Positions 1-12,960 of a stretch of DNA of 64,000 bases are shown in pieces. The stretch's first letter is position 1, and each line of letters starts with the position of its first letter. Where the stretch lies: positions 11,261,003 to 11,325,002 of the forward strand of contig MU053934.1 in the NCBI GenBank assembly GCA_013239625.1, given 5' to 3'. The notes under the pieces are model-generated. The model was not told the DNA's origin and did no database searches. It saw only the letters and a list, made by a program, of their open reading frames with translations. The stretch is from Lama guanicoe (taxonomy: Eukaryota). A program made the position numbers and the translations under genes.

Positions 1-464
1 CAGCCTCACTTGGACTCGGGGCCCTGAGCTCACATCCAGCTGTGCGCCTGCACGTGCAGCCTTCACTGCCCCGATTGCAAGGAATCCTTGTTAAGCCATC
101 TCAGGGCGCAGGGTACAACCCAGGGAGAGCAGTGCCGACTCGGGGGCACTCCCTGTCCCCAGAAAGATCGCCTCCCCCAGGTGCCTCTGTTCCCTCAGCC
201 CCCAGGGTGGAGGTGGTCACAGTCGTTCCCAGAAGAAGCTGGGGAAGTGGATGCATTTTGTTCTCAGGATCAGCATGTCACTGGCGACAGTAATGACATC
301 CTGCTGTCCTCTGGGCCAAAGCCAGCCGAGTGGGGTTCCCTGGGGGCCGCAGCGACCGCTCAGTGTGCGGCGGGGGAGGAGTGACACCCCGGGGACCGGG
401 CGGTGGGCGCAGCAGCGCCGCGAGCGCCTGCCAGCCACGTGCCTCTGGGAGCCGAGACCCCCAG

Positions 465-800
465 AGGTGGCTAATTAGTGTCTGCAGACCCCGCGCATCG
501 TCAGACGCTAATCCTTTAAGAACAGAGAACGTCTCCAACGACAGCTGAGCTCCAAGCCAAATAAATTAAAACTTCTCCTGCACAATATCTCGTAGCCTTG
601 TTAAGTGGCAAGATTATGCAAAAAAAAATCATTAAGTGAGATAATGCACCCTTCGGCGTGGCGCCTCCAGACGTCCATTCTCTCCCACCCGGCCCTGCTT
701 AAGCTCGATTCCAGGGGAATTAGTGGTATTACTCTTTAAATCTTCACTTGTGTGCTATGGCAGCGTGTTGCAAAGCTTTTGAAATGTATCTTGAAAGCAG
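465..800. promoter_or_regulatory. Candidate intronic enhancer (AT-rich non-repeat island)
   Basis: CTAATTAG at 471, TAATCC at 509 and TTAAGTG at 601 and 632. No repeat similarity recognised. Confidence 0.4.
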
Positions 801-1090
801 CGCCTGGTTCTCCTGCCTTACGAGGGGGTGAGCGTGAGAGATTTCAAAGCAGGCTGATCTGGAGGTATTTTGATCATGTGCCAATAGGTTTTTTTTCATC
901 TAATGAAAAAGAAAAGGTGTTGTTTTCCTGAAAGTTACCGAGATAGAGTTGTTTCAGGGAAGATGAGGGACAAGGAGGAGAGACGGCCTCGGAGGGGAGC
1001 CCTCCTCCCTGGCCGCTGAGGGCCATGCCCGGCGCTGGGCCCTGGGACCCGGCCGGGGCAGAGGGGGCCGCAGCCTCCCTGGTCTCATGT

Positions 1091-1498
1091 TCCAATTGTG
1101 CGTTGGCGGATGAGTGGATAAGTGAGGCCTCTACGTACGAGGGAATACTGCTCAGCCCTGAAAAAGGGGGACATTCTGACACCTGCTGTGACATGGGTAA
1201 GCCTTCAGGATCTCATGCTCAGTGACGCAAGCCAGACACAAAAGGACAAACACTGAAGGATTCCGCTTGTGTGGGGTCCCTGAGCCATCAACTCTGTAGA
1301 GACAGACAGGAGACAGTGGGGCCGCGGGCTGGGGTCGGGGTGGGCTGTGAGTGTTTAAGGGGGCGGAGTCTCAGTCTGGGGAGGTGGTTGGTCCCACGGT
1401 CACAACCGCGGGAACGGACATGATGCTGGGAGCTGCGCGCTTATCAGTGCTCAGGTGGTAAGCTTTGTGATGCGTGCATTTTGTCACAATAAAAAAAA
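1091..1498 (+). mobile_element. Old LINE-1 3' end fragment (L1MB-like)
   Basis: Contains L1 3' motifs gatgagtggataag, ggaatactgctcagcc, ctcatgctcagtga..agccagacacaaaaggacaaa. Ends in tcacaataaaaaaaa. Confidence 0.8.
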
Positions 1499-4130
1499 CT
1501 AAGGCACGTGCTCCATTGTGTCAAAGGGCGAGACGCAGGCAGTCGCAACATCATTAAAGCAAATGACAGTCTGTGCTTTCTTGTTACTGTTGTCTAAACT
1601 GAAGCACAGGCAGATCACAACCTTGCGTCCGCTTCTGGGTACGGCCTAGGGGTCCATGCTTTTCAAAAGGGCTGATCTAGAGTTGAGGGAGGGTAGAGCA
1701 GATGGTAGGGGGCGTCCCGCTCCCCCTGCGCCCAGTGTCCCCTCCACTCCCCTCCCGCTGGTGTGTCTGTCATGCTGCTGAGTTAGTATCCATGGTTCGT
1801 TATGCTTAACCAGAGACCACAGTCCTCATCCGGGCCTGGCGTGCTGGTGCACATTCCGTGGCCCTGACAAGTGCACCAGCGGGTGGGATCCCCCACACCC
1901 ATCCTCTGTCGTCTTCTTGCTCAGGCCACTGGGCACTGACCTCTGGGCACTGACCTTGCACCCCGCGCCATCCAGGCCGTAGGTCGCGGACGCCCAGGGC
2001 CCCCCATCTTCCATTCAGCTATGATGGCAGATGGTTCACAGCCTGGGCCCGGGGTGCAGGCAGGGGGCCTGCTGCGGCCTTGGCTCTGACGTGACCGTGG
2101 GCAGGTCACCCCTCAAAGTCACCACGATGGCGCCAGGTGCCTCGGGGACTGAGCGTGGACCCCTGTGCCGGGGCCCTCTGGGGGCTACAGCAGGGGACTG
2201 GGGGCCACCCCTCCTAGGTGACTAAGTTGTGTCTTCGTTGCCCTGCTTTGCAGTGTGGTTTTATGACGTAGCACAAGACACAGCTGAAATTCCAGCATTT
2301 TACTTTACTACCTTTTCCCTTTGTCTTTAATACCAAAAAGTGGCGCTCAGGTGACTTTATTCCCTTACGACACACCAGTCACAGACACACCTGCCTTTCT
2401 CGGGAGGAGAGGCCCCTCCACCCCCGCTTCTCTACCCGCAGCTCCTCCCACCACTGCCGCCCCAGGGCTCCCGCGTCGCTGCTCCCACTCCCTGGGCCGG
2501 CGGCGTCTCTGCCCCCCTTTCTCCCGGGCTCACGTTTGAGGGAAGCCCACCAGGCAGCTCGCTCGGCCCCGGGACCTCCAGCATCCCCACTCACAGACCC
2601 CTCTCCCCATCACGGAACTCGCGCAGCACGGTCGGCCCTCCCCTGTCCGCGTGTGTGCAAGTCCGGGTTCTCCCGGGAGCAGAAGCAGCTGGCGTGTCTG
2701 GAGAGGGGGGAGAGGCTTCTTTTGAAGAATTGGCTCCTGTGAATGTGGAGATCTCCCCGAGTCCGACGGGGAGGCCGGGAACCCGGGAAGAGCCGACGCT
2801 GCCGTCCAGTGTGCGGCCGGCTGGAGACGCAGTCCCCTCTTAGCTGGGCGAGGTCCCTCTGTCCCCCTCGAGCCTTCAGCTGGTCAGACGAGGCCCACCC
2901 ACGCTGCCGAGAACAATCTGCTTTACTGCCTCGGCCAACTGGAGTGCTCACCTCCTCGAACGGTACTTCCATGGCACTGTCAAGTGTCACGTTTGACCAG
3001 GTATCCAGGTGTGGCGGCCCGGCCAGGTGGACACGGAGTCACCCGTCACGGGAAATTACGTTCGGGCAGCGGCGGGAGGGCCGGGGTGTGATGATCAGCG
3101 GTGTGAATGGTCCGGGGCTGAGGGCAGCCATCCCGGAAGGCACGTCTCCTCCTGGGGCTGGAAGGCCCCGCGGCCCCAGGGACACAGGCGATGCCGGGGC
3201 CTGGCACGGGGCTTGCCCTCCAGCCGGTGTGTGGGATGCCCTTGGGGCGGGGCGGGCCAGCAGGGCCCAGGGGCAGGTGAGCTGGGGCCTCCGGGCCGTG
3301 CTGAGGACACTCAGTCTGTGGACCGAGCACGTGACTGCGAGGATGGAGAGCCAGGTGCCCCTCAAAAGCCCAGGGGAGGGAGTGGCCCGGCGGGCGGCTC
3401 CGGATCCCCACCTGCCAGGATGGCGCCGAGCAGACACGGACTCACGGGGGGCACTGGTATTATTCAGAGCTCTGCACCGATGAGGGGGCTTGTGTGTGAA
3501 GCTGGGCTGTGGGGTCCCTGCCGGCTGCACCTCTCCAGGCACTGCACCCTCTCCTGCCCCCGGCAGACGGGGCCAGGTCCTGCATCCCTTCTCCTGAGCC
3601 ATCCGATGCAGTCCCTGGGCCCTGGAGGCGGAGAGGGTGCAGATCCCAGCTCAGGGACACTGAGGAGAGGCTGTGCCCCGCACGGGAGCCCTTTGCCCAG
3701 GCCAGCTGGTCGAGGTCTCCAGAGGTAGGAGTGGAGTCAGGCACCGGCCAGGAGCCCGTGGCCACGTCATGGGGCTGGTGTTCACACAGGGGCCTGCCCA
3801 CCGGGAGGCCAGACTAGCTGTTCTGGGGCCGCACCCCTTGTTGTGAGCCCCCCAGGGCCAGCTCTGCCCCCGCTGGGCAGCTTTGCCTGCCCCCTCGCTT
3901 CCCCCACAGGCTGCCTGTCCTGTGCCCCAGCCAGGCCGGCACCTCCTTCCACCTCCTCGGCCCCCCTCCCCGCCCTCCACCGCCCTGGGCTCTTTTGTCT
4001 CCAGTAATGAGGGCAGCCCTCCACAGCCCACCCATCCTGGCCCCTTTAGATTCCAGGGCCCCTTGGAGAGTCTGAGTCCAGAGGGCCCTCTGGTAGACAC
4101 GGCATGGTCCTTCTGTGCAGCCGATCCTTG

Positions 4131-4456
4131 GTCAGCCTTACAGAGGAGGGGCATTCTGACACGTGGAGGACCCTGGCGAACACGACGCCAGCGAAGATGC
4201 CGGGCACGGAAGGGAGGTCCTGCGGGATGACCCTCATGCGAGGTCGCTGGGCTCAGAGCGCGAGACAGAAGGGAGACGGTGGGGCCCAGGGGCTGGGGAG
4301 AGGGGAGGTGAGTGTCTAATGGGGACAGGTTTCAGTTTGGGAAGAAGAGAACGTTCCGGAGGTGATGTGGTGATGGTCGCATGGTGTGAGTGTACTTGGC
4401 GCCCCTGAGTAGTCGAGAAGGTGAATTTTACTCTCTGCATTTTACCAGAATAAAAA
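4131..4456 (+). mobile_element. Old LINE-1 3' end fragment (L1MB-like)
   Basis: Contains cattctgacac, taatggggacaggtttcagtttgggaagaagagaacgttccggagg and ggtgaattttactctctgcattttaccagaataaaaa. Homologous to the 1091-1498 copy. Confidence 0.8.
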
Positions 4457-6789
4457 CCGAGTAAGTGCGTAAATAGAGGAGGTGGCCTCCCCCAGAGGGA
4501 CGCACGTGTGCACGTGGATGTGTACACAGACCCCTGCGTGCAGAGGCCCGCAGCCCCTCCCACTAACGGGCTGCAGCGTGGCGGGGCCCTGGATGGCTGC
4601 GGGGGTGCTGGTGGGTCCCCACTGTGTGAACGGGAGGCTCCCCCGGCATCTCCATCGCCCTTAGGGTGGATGCCCCGTGTGACCGCCACCCCCACACCCT
4701 GGTGCGCAGCACTGGCCTGAGTCTGAGCTGTTCCAGGAAGATGCTGTCTGGACAGCGGGTGCCCTGGATGGGAAGCGGGGTGCGTCCCAGAGGGTCCCCG
4801 GTGTGCCCTGAGCTCCAGGGGCCGAGTCGAGGGGCCCCGGGACGTTGGTCAGCTGTGCGCTTTGCCAGCCGCAGGTGCTGGGCAGGCTGACCGTGAACGC
4901 TGCAGTCTGTCCTGATTGGCCCGTGCCGTGCAGGGGAGGAAGGGGTGTGTCTCAGGGCTGAGCTGAGCAGCGGGAGCCGCTCCTGTGTGTGTGTGTGCCG
5001 AGGGGCGGGGGTGACGGTGCCCCCGTTAGCCGTGAGGGAAGGCACAGCGCGGGGCTCCATCTCCCTCTCCTCCGGTCTGCCCCTGCTCCTGTGACTCAAG
5101 CCCTGGGCCTCCTTCCGGCAGAGGGGAGGCTCCCACTGCCCAAGACTCTGTGCCCAACGGCAAAGCTTCCCGTGGTCCAGGCGAGGGGCTTGCTCCCCCG
5201 GTTTGGAGTCGCAGCGTCCGAGCCTGGACCTGATCTGGGACGTTCCCCAGGGCAGGGCTGGCTGGCACTTGTCTTCACCAGGGAAGTGGATTTTGGTCGC
5301 TCGGGATGTTGGAGGGCGCGGCTCAGCCCCAGCTGCCGTGGGCGGCGCCAGGCCCTCTGCTCCTGAAGCACCACCTCCAGGAGCCCAGGTCTGGGGACCG
5401 GAGCCTTGGCTGCTGATGTGTCCTGAGTGGGAGGCGCCTTCTGCGCGGAGGCGAGGCTGAGGCCAGGAGGCCAGGAGGCCGGGAGGGAGGGTGCTCTGCC
5501 CCGCCCCCTGTGCATCGCTAGCACTGTGGGAGGGCACCAGCCCAGGACGGGCCACTTCCAGGCTGGACGTGAAGGCCCGCCTGGTCCAGGGCCGCACAGG
5601 AGGGCGTCATCACTAGGAGGGGCAGTTGATGGGGGAACCGCTGTGTCTGCGCCAGCGTGAAACCTTCAGTGAACTTGCCTGAATGTCAGAGCGACCAACA
5701 GGCCCGCCTGCTGGGGACGCGGGGCGGGTGGAGCGGCACGGATGGCAGGAGTTTCACTTTTACGGCCAGGCAGGCCCAGGCCAGCCAGCAAGGGTCTGTA
5801 GATGAGGCAAACTTAGCAGCCTGTTAACAGCATGGGGTTTGCAACGTGGTGACCAGCTGGGGCCCGTGGGCGCAGGGTGCACTGTCCCTTCCCTGTTGGT
5901 GTGAGCATTTTCATGCTGAGCAGCCAGGGTGAGTGATGGTTCTGAACTCCCACCAACCTGTGGCTGGGATCCCTGGGGGGTGCACGTATGTCCCAGGGGA
6001 CGGAGAGTGTGGGACTTAGCTGGAAGGATGCCGTGAATGCCATGTGTTGACCACGCAGCACCAGGGCCCCTGCACAAACGCACGGTGCTCCTGTGACTGT
6101 CACGGGGGCACAGGGGCACAGAGCTGCGAAGCGGGGAGGGGCTGTCCTGGGGCCGCGGGCGGGCAAGGGCCCACGGCTCAGACGTGAGACCGCGTGTGTC
6201 ATGTGTTTGCTAAGGTCACGCGGCTTGGACACGCTTTGGTAGCAGGTGTGGAGGCCCACCCTGGGACTCCCCGGCCCGGCCACGCCGTCTCCGGCCCTCA
6301 CCGGCTCCTGCCGCAGGCACACGGCTCTGGCAGGAGGAGGGAGAGGCTGGAGGCTGAGAGACTGGTCTCCACCCTCAGTCCTGAGGCGTCCACGCAGCGC
6401 AGGGCTGGGGTGAGACGTCCTGGAAGGCGGCTCTGGGCCTGGTCACTTGGCACCGGGCTGAGCCCAATGGGCAGAGGACCTAAGAGCCCCGTGGTGAGGA
6501 CGTGGGGTGGGGCAGCTAGACCCTGGGAACAGCGAGGTGTCTGACCCGGAAAGGCTGATGGCTCTGGTCCAGTGGGCATGGAACTCATGTGGGTCAGCAG
6601 TGGCCCTGAGGGCCCGTGGGTGCCGTGGGGGCCTGAGCACCTCTGGGAGGAGGGCCGTCTGGATGCCAGGCTCGCCCGTCTCCAGACACCTGGGTCTTGT
6701 CTCCATCACGGTGAGTGGACCAGCTGGACAACACGAGGAACACCCTCCTGGGAGCCTCGGTTTTTGTGCTCACTCGGTGACACCCAGCA

Positions 6790-7234
6790 TGTGGCCAGCG
6801 GAATAACGCACCCCCCATGGATGCCCACGTCCTGACCCCCGGACCACGCGGTGTCCCCGCACCTGGCGAAAGGGCTCTCAGGTGATTAAGCTGGGGGCCT
6901 CGTGTTGGGAAGTTATCCCAGGGTATTGAGTGTCTTCAAAGCGGTCAAGAGGGTCCTCACAAAGTGGAGGCAGGAAGGTCAGAGGAGAAAGCAGGGGATG
7001 TGACAACGGAGGCAGAGGTTGGAGAAAAGTGAGGAAGGGGCCCAGGAGCCAAGGAAGGCGATGCCTCCGGAAGCTGGGAGGTCAGGGCCCCCACCTGCCC
7101 TGGAAGGAGGCGCCCACACTTGACCTGGGCCCTGCAGGCTCCCTTCAGGCTCCGGAGCTGGGAGGGGTAACCTTGCGTCACTGGAGGCCACGCTCCTGAC
7201 GTCTGCTGAGGCAGCCGCAAGAAGTTCGCTCCCA
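6790..7234 (+). mobile_element. MaLR LTR (MLT1C/D-like)
   Basis: Starts TGTGG..gaataa..cccc. Contains caggtgattaag, agggtcctcacaaagtggaggcag, ggatgtgacaacggaggcagaggttggag and ggagccaaggaa..gcctccggaagctgg. Confidence 0.75.
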
Positions 7235-10162
7235 GCCTGTGGGTGCCTGGGCCCCCCACCCCACTGCCTGCTCACTGCCAGGTGACCCATGAAAGCAGCA
7301 GGAACAGGACGGTCCCTCCCGATCGCCCCCTCCTGGGAGGGGAGGCTGGTGCTCAAGGGACCCCGGGGCGGGCTGCTCGTCAGAGTCAGCTCTGTTCCCC
7401 GCTGAGGTGTCTGTAGGGCATTCCAGCTGGGCGGCGGGCTGCAAGGTCTGGTACGCACCCTCAAACCCCTCCATAGACATGGTCCCCGGGGGCATGCAGG
7501 CCCCGTGGGAGGGCACATCCACGCCCCACCCACTGGGGCAGGGCTCGGCTCAGAGCCTTTGGTCAGTGATAGCCTCTGCCAGTCCTGAGAGCCCCACCCC
7601 CTGGGTGCTGTTTACGCCCATTTCTCAGGTCGGGAACCTGAGGCAGAGCCTGGACGCAACCCGTGCGCCTGGTCTGCGTGGAGACAGACATGATGGCTGG
7701 TGGTCCTGACGAGGGGCTTCCCCTACTGCCCTCCAGCACCACCCCCACCGATGGGCACGGAGCAGCCTTCCCCGGTGGATGCGCAGAGAGGGCGGGCCCT
7801 CTGTCCACGTGGGGTGCTCCACGCCGTGTTCCCGCCTGCACAACTTCTTACTCCCTTCTGCAGCGTCGATTGAATTACAAAAAGCTGTCCATGCAGCCTT
7901 GAAACAAGAGACCTCGTAAACACTTTATTGGAACAAGCTCATGGTCTGCTTGCTCATAAAGGTGCCCCGGACAGCTCCACCCGGCGCCGGGCAAGTGATT
8001 GGCTGGCTTCATGTTCATTGTCAGCAAACAGGCCATCCAGGCGCGTGGCAGCACGCAGAGCTGTGCTGCGTGGCCTCCGGCCCGTCCAGAACCGAGATCA
8101 GCCAGGTGGGTGTCCTGGCCCCTGTGTGGCAAAGCTGCTTGACTCCCGTCCGGTACCCCTGCCTCTGCCCCGCTGGCCGCGGGCCTGGCGTCGCCTGGCT
8201 TCCCTGCCCTGCTGCTCTTCGCGGAGTTTCAGCAGGAAGCAGTGCTGATGGGACCGGGGCACACATGAGCTGGTCGACTTCCCAGGGCGCTGGTCAGCCT
8301 CCGGCCTCAGTGTCCTCGCTCTCAGTCAGAGCTGGGACTTTCTTGTCCTGGTTCCCTCCTCGGTCCGGCCCCGATTTCCATGTTGGAGGCTCCATCTATC
8401 CCACGATTGACAGCCAGGGGCACCCAGGGGTGCAGGACGCAGGTGGACCCCAGGCTTCTAGAGCCCCCGTCGGGGAGGACTTACGTGAACCCGGGCAGAC
8501 CCTCACCTTACAGGCCGGGGCCTGAGTGTTGCACCGGACGGGAGTGGTGGCTTCAGGTCGGGGACAGGGCCTCAGCAGCCAGGCTGCCAGGGAGAGCCCT
8601 TCGCCTCCGACGTCGCAGACCCACCTCCTGTGTCTCTGAGCTGCACACGCACAAGTCTCAGGACCTCAGGCACCACAACCTGGGTTTCTGTGGGACGCAG
8701 AGCTGCAGGTGTCTCCTTGAAACACCAAGGTCAAGTCCAGCAGGAAAGGAAGAAAGAGCAGGAAGGAGTGCGAGCCGGAGTCCAGTGGCCGGGCCCCAGG
8801 AGGGAGGGGAGAGGCGACCGCGGGCGCACTGCCGTCCTCGGATGGTCCCGCCTCTTGCCCTGCGCCGCACTGAGCTTCAGAGACTGTATTTTGTCCCGTG
8901 ACTGACGGCTCAGGCTTCCCCAAAGTGAGACCTCTGGGGCCTGAGCCCAGCGCCCAGGCTCCGGAAGGCGCTGCCTGTCAGCCTTCTAGCCTTGCCCTGA
9001 ACACCTACCCCGTGCTTTTCCGATGTGCCGCCCCCACCCCTGCTGCAGGGAGCCCTGGGCCACGTCTGCTGCCTGGGAGTGGCCGCCCCTCCTAGGTACG
9101 CGGGCAGTCAGGGCTTGTGGGTGGTGGCACCTCCGACGTCTTCCACAGTGGACCTCGGGCTCCCTAGGGTGTGGGAGTCAGGGGTGCCGGAAGGAGCACT
9201 GGAAAGGGTCTGGGGCCATGACAGTCACTCAGTCATCCAACAAACGCTCATTAGCCCTGCCCTGTGCCCGGAGCTGGGACAGAGAATTCTCTGCTGGGGG
9301 ACCCTTTGGCCTCCGTGTGCTGCCTACCACATGAAGCCCTGCGCTGCGGCCCAGAGGGGCCGCCTTCTTATCTGACTGGCGAGCCGCCTGGGGATCCTGT
9401 CTGTGCCGGGCTGGGGCCCCCGTGCACAGTGACCTGCAATGACCACCAGGGGCCACACGTTCCAGGCAGGCTGCGGGCCTTCTCTGACGGGTGGTGGGCC
9501 CCACGCCCCCGCTGTGACGCCCAGGCGCCCAGGCCGGCGTCCTGCCCCACCCCCGGGGACCGCGCAGGAGCTGGCCCAGCCGGCTCTCTCCCCGCCGGGC
9601 CCCAGGCCTCCAGCCCGCGATGCTCCCGTGTTTTCTCTTCTTGGGAAAGGAGCTGGAGAAGAAGCCCCTGGGCCGTGGGCCGAGCAGGGCTGGGCGCCAG
9701 GTGTCTCCGGAGCCCCTTCTCCAGAGGGGGCCTCTGCACCTGCCTGCTCCCCTCTGCGGTGAGCGGGAGAGGGCGGTAAAACACCTGGAAACCACCTGGC
9801 GGTGCGGGGCTCTTCGGAGGCTCAGGCAGCTCTCCGCCTCCCGAGGGGGCGGCTGGGAGCCAGGCTGTGTCCTAGGGGTTCACGGGCTCAGACGCCAAAG
9901 GCCCCGCTGACTGCTGTGTCCCCCAAATTCTTCTGCTGTCTTCACCTTCCAGTGGCCGAGGTGAGGGCAGTCAGAGACAGCAGGTGTCCACTCGCGTGCG
10001 GGGGGCGGGCCCTGGGCACCGAGGGGTGCCTGGAGACGGGGCAGGGGACAGGCCGGGGGGCCGTTTCCCACGTCAGATGCTGGCACAGCCTCCGGGGGCG
10101 TCTGTGGGCTCCTCGGCGTACACGCGGTGGGGACGTCATGTCCTTTGTCATTTCCACGAGCA

Positions 10163-12960
10163 TTTTAATAGAAATCGGTTGTTTGGGTTTTTTTAAGTTT
10201 TAGGTTTACAGAAAAGTTGTGAAGATAGTTCAGAAAGTCCCCACGCGTCCTGTGCACACTCCCGCCGTCATCAGCTCCTTGGGACGGTGTGGGGCGCTGG
10301 CTGCAGTGAAGTGGGCGGGACTGTTATGTCGTCATTAGCTGAAGTCCACGCGTTTCGCAGAACTCCTTACCTTTTGTCTCATGTCCGTTTTCTGTCCGGG
10401 ACCCCATCCTGGCCCCCACACACCAGTCAGACGTTCTGTTTCCTTGGACTCCCCCCGACTGCCCGTTTCTCAGACTTGCCTCGATTTTGAATGGCTTGAC
10501 AGTCTGAGGGAGCCCGGCAGGTGTTTTGTGAAACAGTCCCTCCACTAGGTCTGGTCGGATGGCTTCCTCGTGATTTGACAGGGGTTGTGGGTTTGAGGGA
10601 AGTGAAGGGACAGCCCCACCCCATCACACCCGGGCACCGCCGTCCACTCCTGGTCCCTGCGATGCTGACCTCGGTCACCTGGCTGAGGTGTGCTTGGCCG
10701 GCATCTCCTTCTGAAGTTCCTCTTTTTTCTCTCCCCATCCTGGTCTCTTTGGGAGGAAGGCACTGCCCAGCGCAGGACTAAGGGGTGGGGAGCCACGCCG
10801 CGGGCCCCGTGGGCGGGTTCTGCACCTGCAGGCATTGTCCCCCGTGTGGTAACCGGTCCAGGCGCCCCGCGTCAGCGTGGACGCACAGACTCTCTATACT
10901 TGGAGCGAGGACCCTGTTCCGCGCTGTTTAGCTGACTGGTCAAGCTTAGCTTTGACCACTGGGGGCTCCCGTGTGCCTCTGACTCGCCCGTCCCCGACCA
11001 GGGATTTTGTGTTTGTTGTGGAGCACTTCTCTCCTTCTAGAGGCACCACAAGATGCTCCAGGCCGTATCTTTCCTACCCAATCCTTAAATCAGCCATTTC
11101 TCCGAGGAGGCCTGGCTCCCTTTGGGACGGTGGTGGTAGAGACCACGAGCGGGAGCTCCTGGGGCCCCCAGCTGGCAGAGCCAGGGAATACGTATGGGCG
11201 CTCGCCCTTGTACACACACATCTGTATCTGTGTCTGCATCTGTGTCCACGTTAGGCTGAATGTGTCTCAGCGCTGAGCCATTGCCACGTGGACCGTCCCC
11301 ACCCTCCTCTCCTTGCCCACCTGACCTCCCTCCCGGAGCAGCACTGAGGACCCTGCCTCCACCACCCACCATTCGCCTGGTCCTCGGTTGGTTCAGGGGT
11401 CGATGTGTTGCAGTACCAGAGTGGTCCTTCTGTGTCCCTCAGGAGCGACACGTCAGCTGGGGACAGTGCCTGCAGGCCCCCCAACCCCGCCATCTCCATG
11501 GACACAGGGCAGCTCTTCTCCCCGCCCCCCAGCAAGGTGGGTTTGTACATTTCCAGCAGGTGAGGTGCCCCCGACACCATCTGGACCCCTTCCTGGGACT
11601 CCCCCAACCTCCTAAGTGACTTGATCACGTTTGTGTACACGAGGGGTCTCTCTGTGTCGTGAAGTAATGCAGCTCTGGCAATCTTGTAACACCACGTGCT
11701 CTCCTTGCAGTGTTATCCAGGACAGTGTCACTGGCCTGAAGTCCCCCTGTGCGCCACCTCTCCCCCGCCTCCCCTCCCCCCGTCCCCGCCCGTCTCCTGC
11801 CCTCTCCTCCCCAAACCTCTGGCAACCCCTGATCTCTATTCCATCTTTATGGCGCTGTCTTTTCCGGAACGTCCTATAGGTGGAAACCACCCAGAACGTA
11901 GCCTGTTCTCATCGGCTTCTTCGGCTCAGTGACATGACGTGGGGCCCCCCGTGCGGCTCTGAGCTCCAGATCTCCTCTCTTTTTAGTGCTGAGTGCTGTC
12001 CCGTCGTCTGGCTGCACCAGTGTTTGCTTATCCGCTCAGCACCAAAGGCATCTTGGCTGCTTCCGGTTTGGGGCCATTACGAGTAAGAAGTTTCTGTGAA
12101 GTTTCAGTCGCGTGTAGCTTCCTTTTCTTGTACGTGGACAGACGGCTTCGAATCCGTATGAGTAAGTACTTAGGAGCGTGAGTGCTGGCTCGGACGGTGA
12201 AGACGTGCTTAGCTCTGCGAGGAGCCGACCGTCCTCCCGAGCGGCTGCACCGCGCCTGCACCCTCGCCTGCACCGAGCGCGCGCGCCGGCTGCTCCACGT
12301 CCTGTCCAGCGTTTGACGGTGTCGGCGCTCCGCGTTCTGGCCACCGTACCGGCTGTGCCGTGACGTCTCCCGGCAGGTTAACTTGGAATTTCCGGATGAC
12401 GAGTGAGGTCGAGGTCTTTTCGCGCCGCGTCTGGGGACGTGTGTGTTCGGACTGTCGGCCCGCTTTCCAGCTGGGGTGTTTGTTTGCCTGTCATGGAGTT
12501 TTATGTGTTCGTGTGTACTTGGGACACACGTGCTTGGTCGGATGTGGGTTTGCACGCCTTGTCCTCCATCCGTGGCTTGTCTTTCACCCTCTTAGTGGTG
12601 TCCTTTGGGAACGGAAAGCTTTAACGTTAGCAACGCCTGCTTTACCAGCTTTTCTCCTCCCTGGACCGTGCTTCCCGCGTCCTGACGGCTCCTCACCACG
12701 CGGCAGGGCCCATGGAGTCTCCTCGCTTTCTTCTAGGCGTTTTACGTCGCTGTGTGTGTCTAGACCCCGTTGAGCTGCTTCCGTGAAGCTCAGAAGGTCG
12801 GGTCTGGGTCACTTTTGCCCACGTGGATCTGGTATTGGAGCGGCTCCTGTGGGAAGGTGACCCTTCCTCGTGGGGTCGCCTTTGCTTCTTGGCTGGAGAC
12901 CAGTCGTCTCGAGAGGGTTCAGTCTGTGCTTTGGGGCCTTTGGCCCAAGCAGCACCAGCC
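10163..12960 (-). mobile_element. Degraded LINE-1 (L1MC/L1MD-like 3' UTR plus ORF2 end), possibly several fragments
   Basis: Contains ttttaggtttacagaaaagttgtgaagatag, ggcaccacaagatgctccagg..tcagccatttctcc, ctctggcaacccctgatct and gagtaagtacttaggagcgtgagtgctggctc. ORF2-like antisense text continues to about 12950. Confidence 0.75.

Noticed and set aside
4500-4520. Frequent CACGTG E-boxes and CTCF-like CCAGAGGGGGC motifs across the window
   Set aside because: These are expected by chance at this GC and CpG content and cannot be supported without conservation or binding data.
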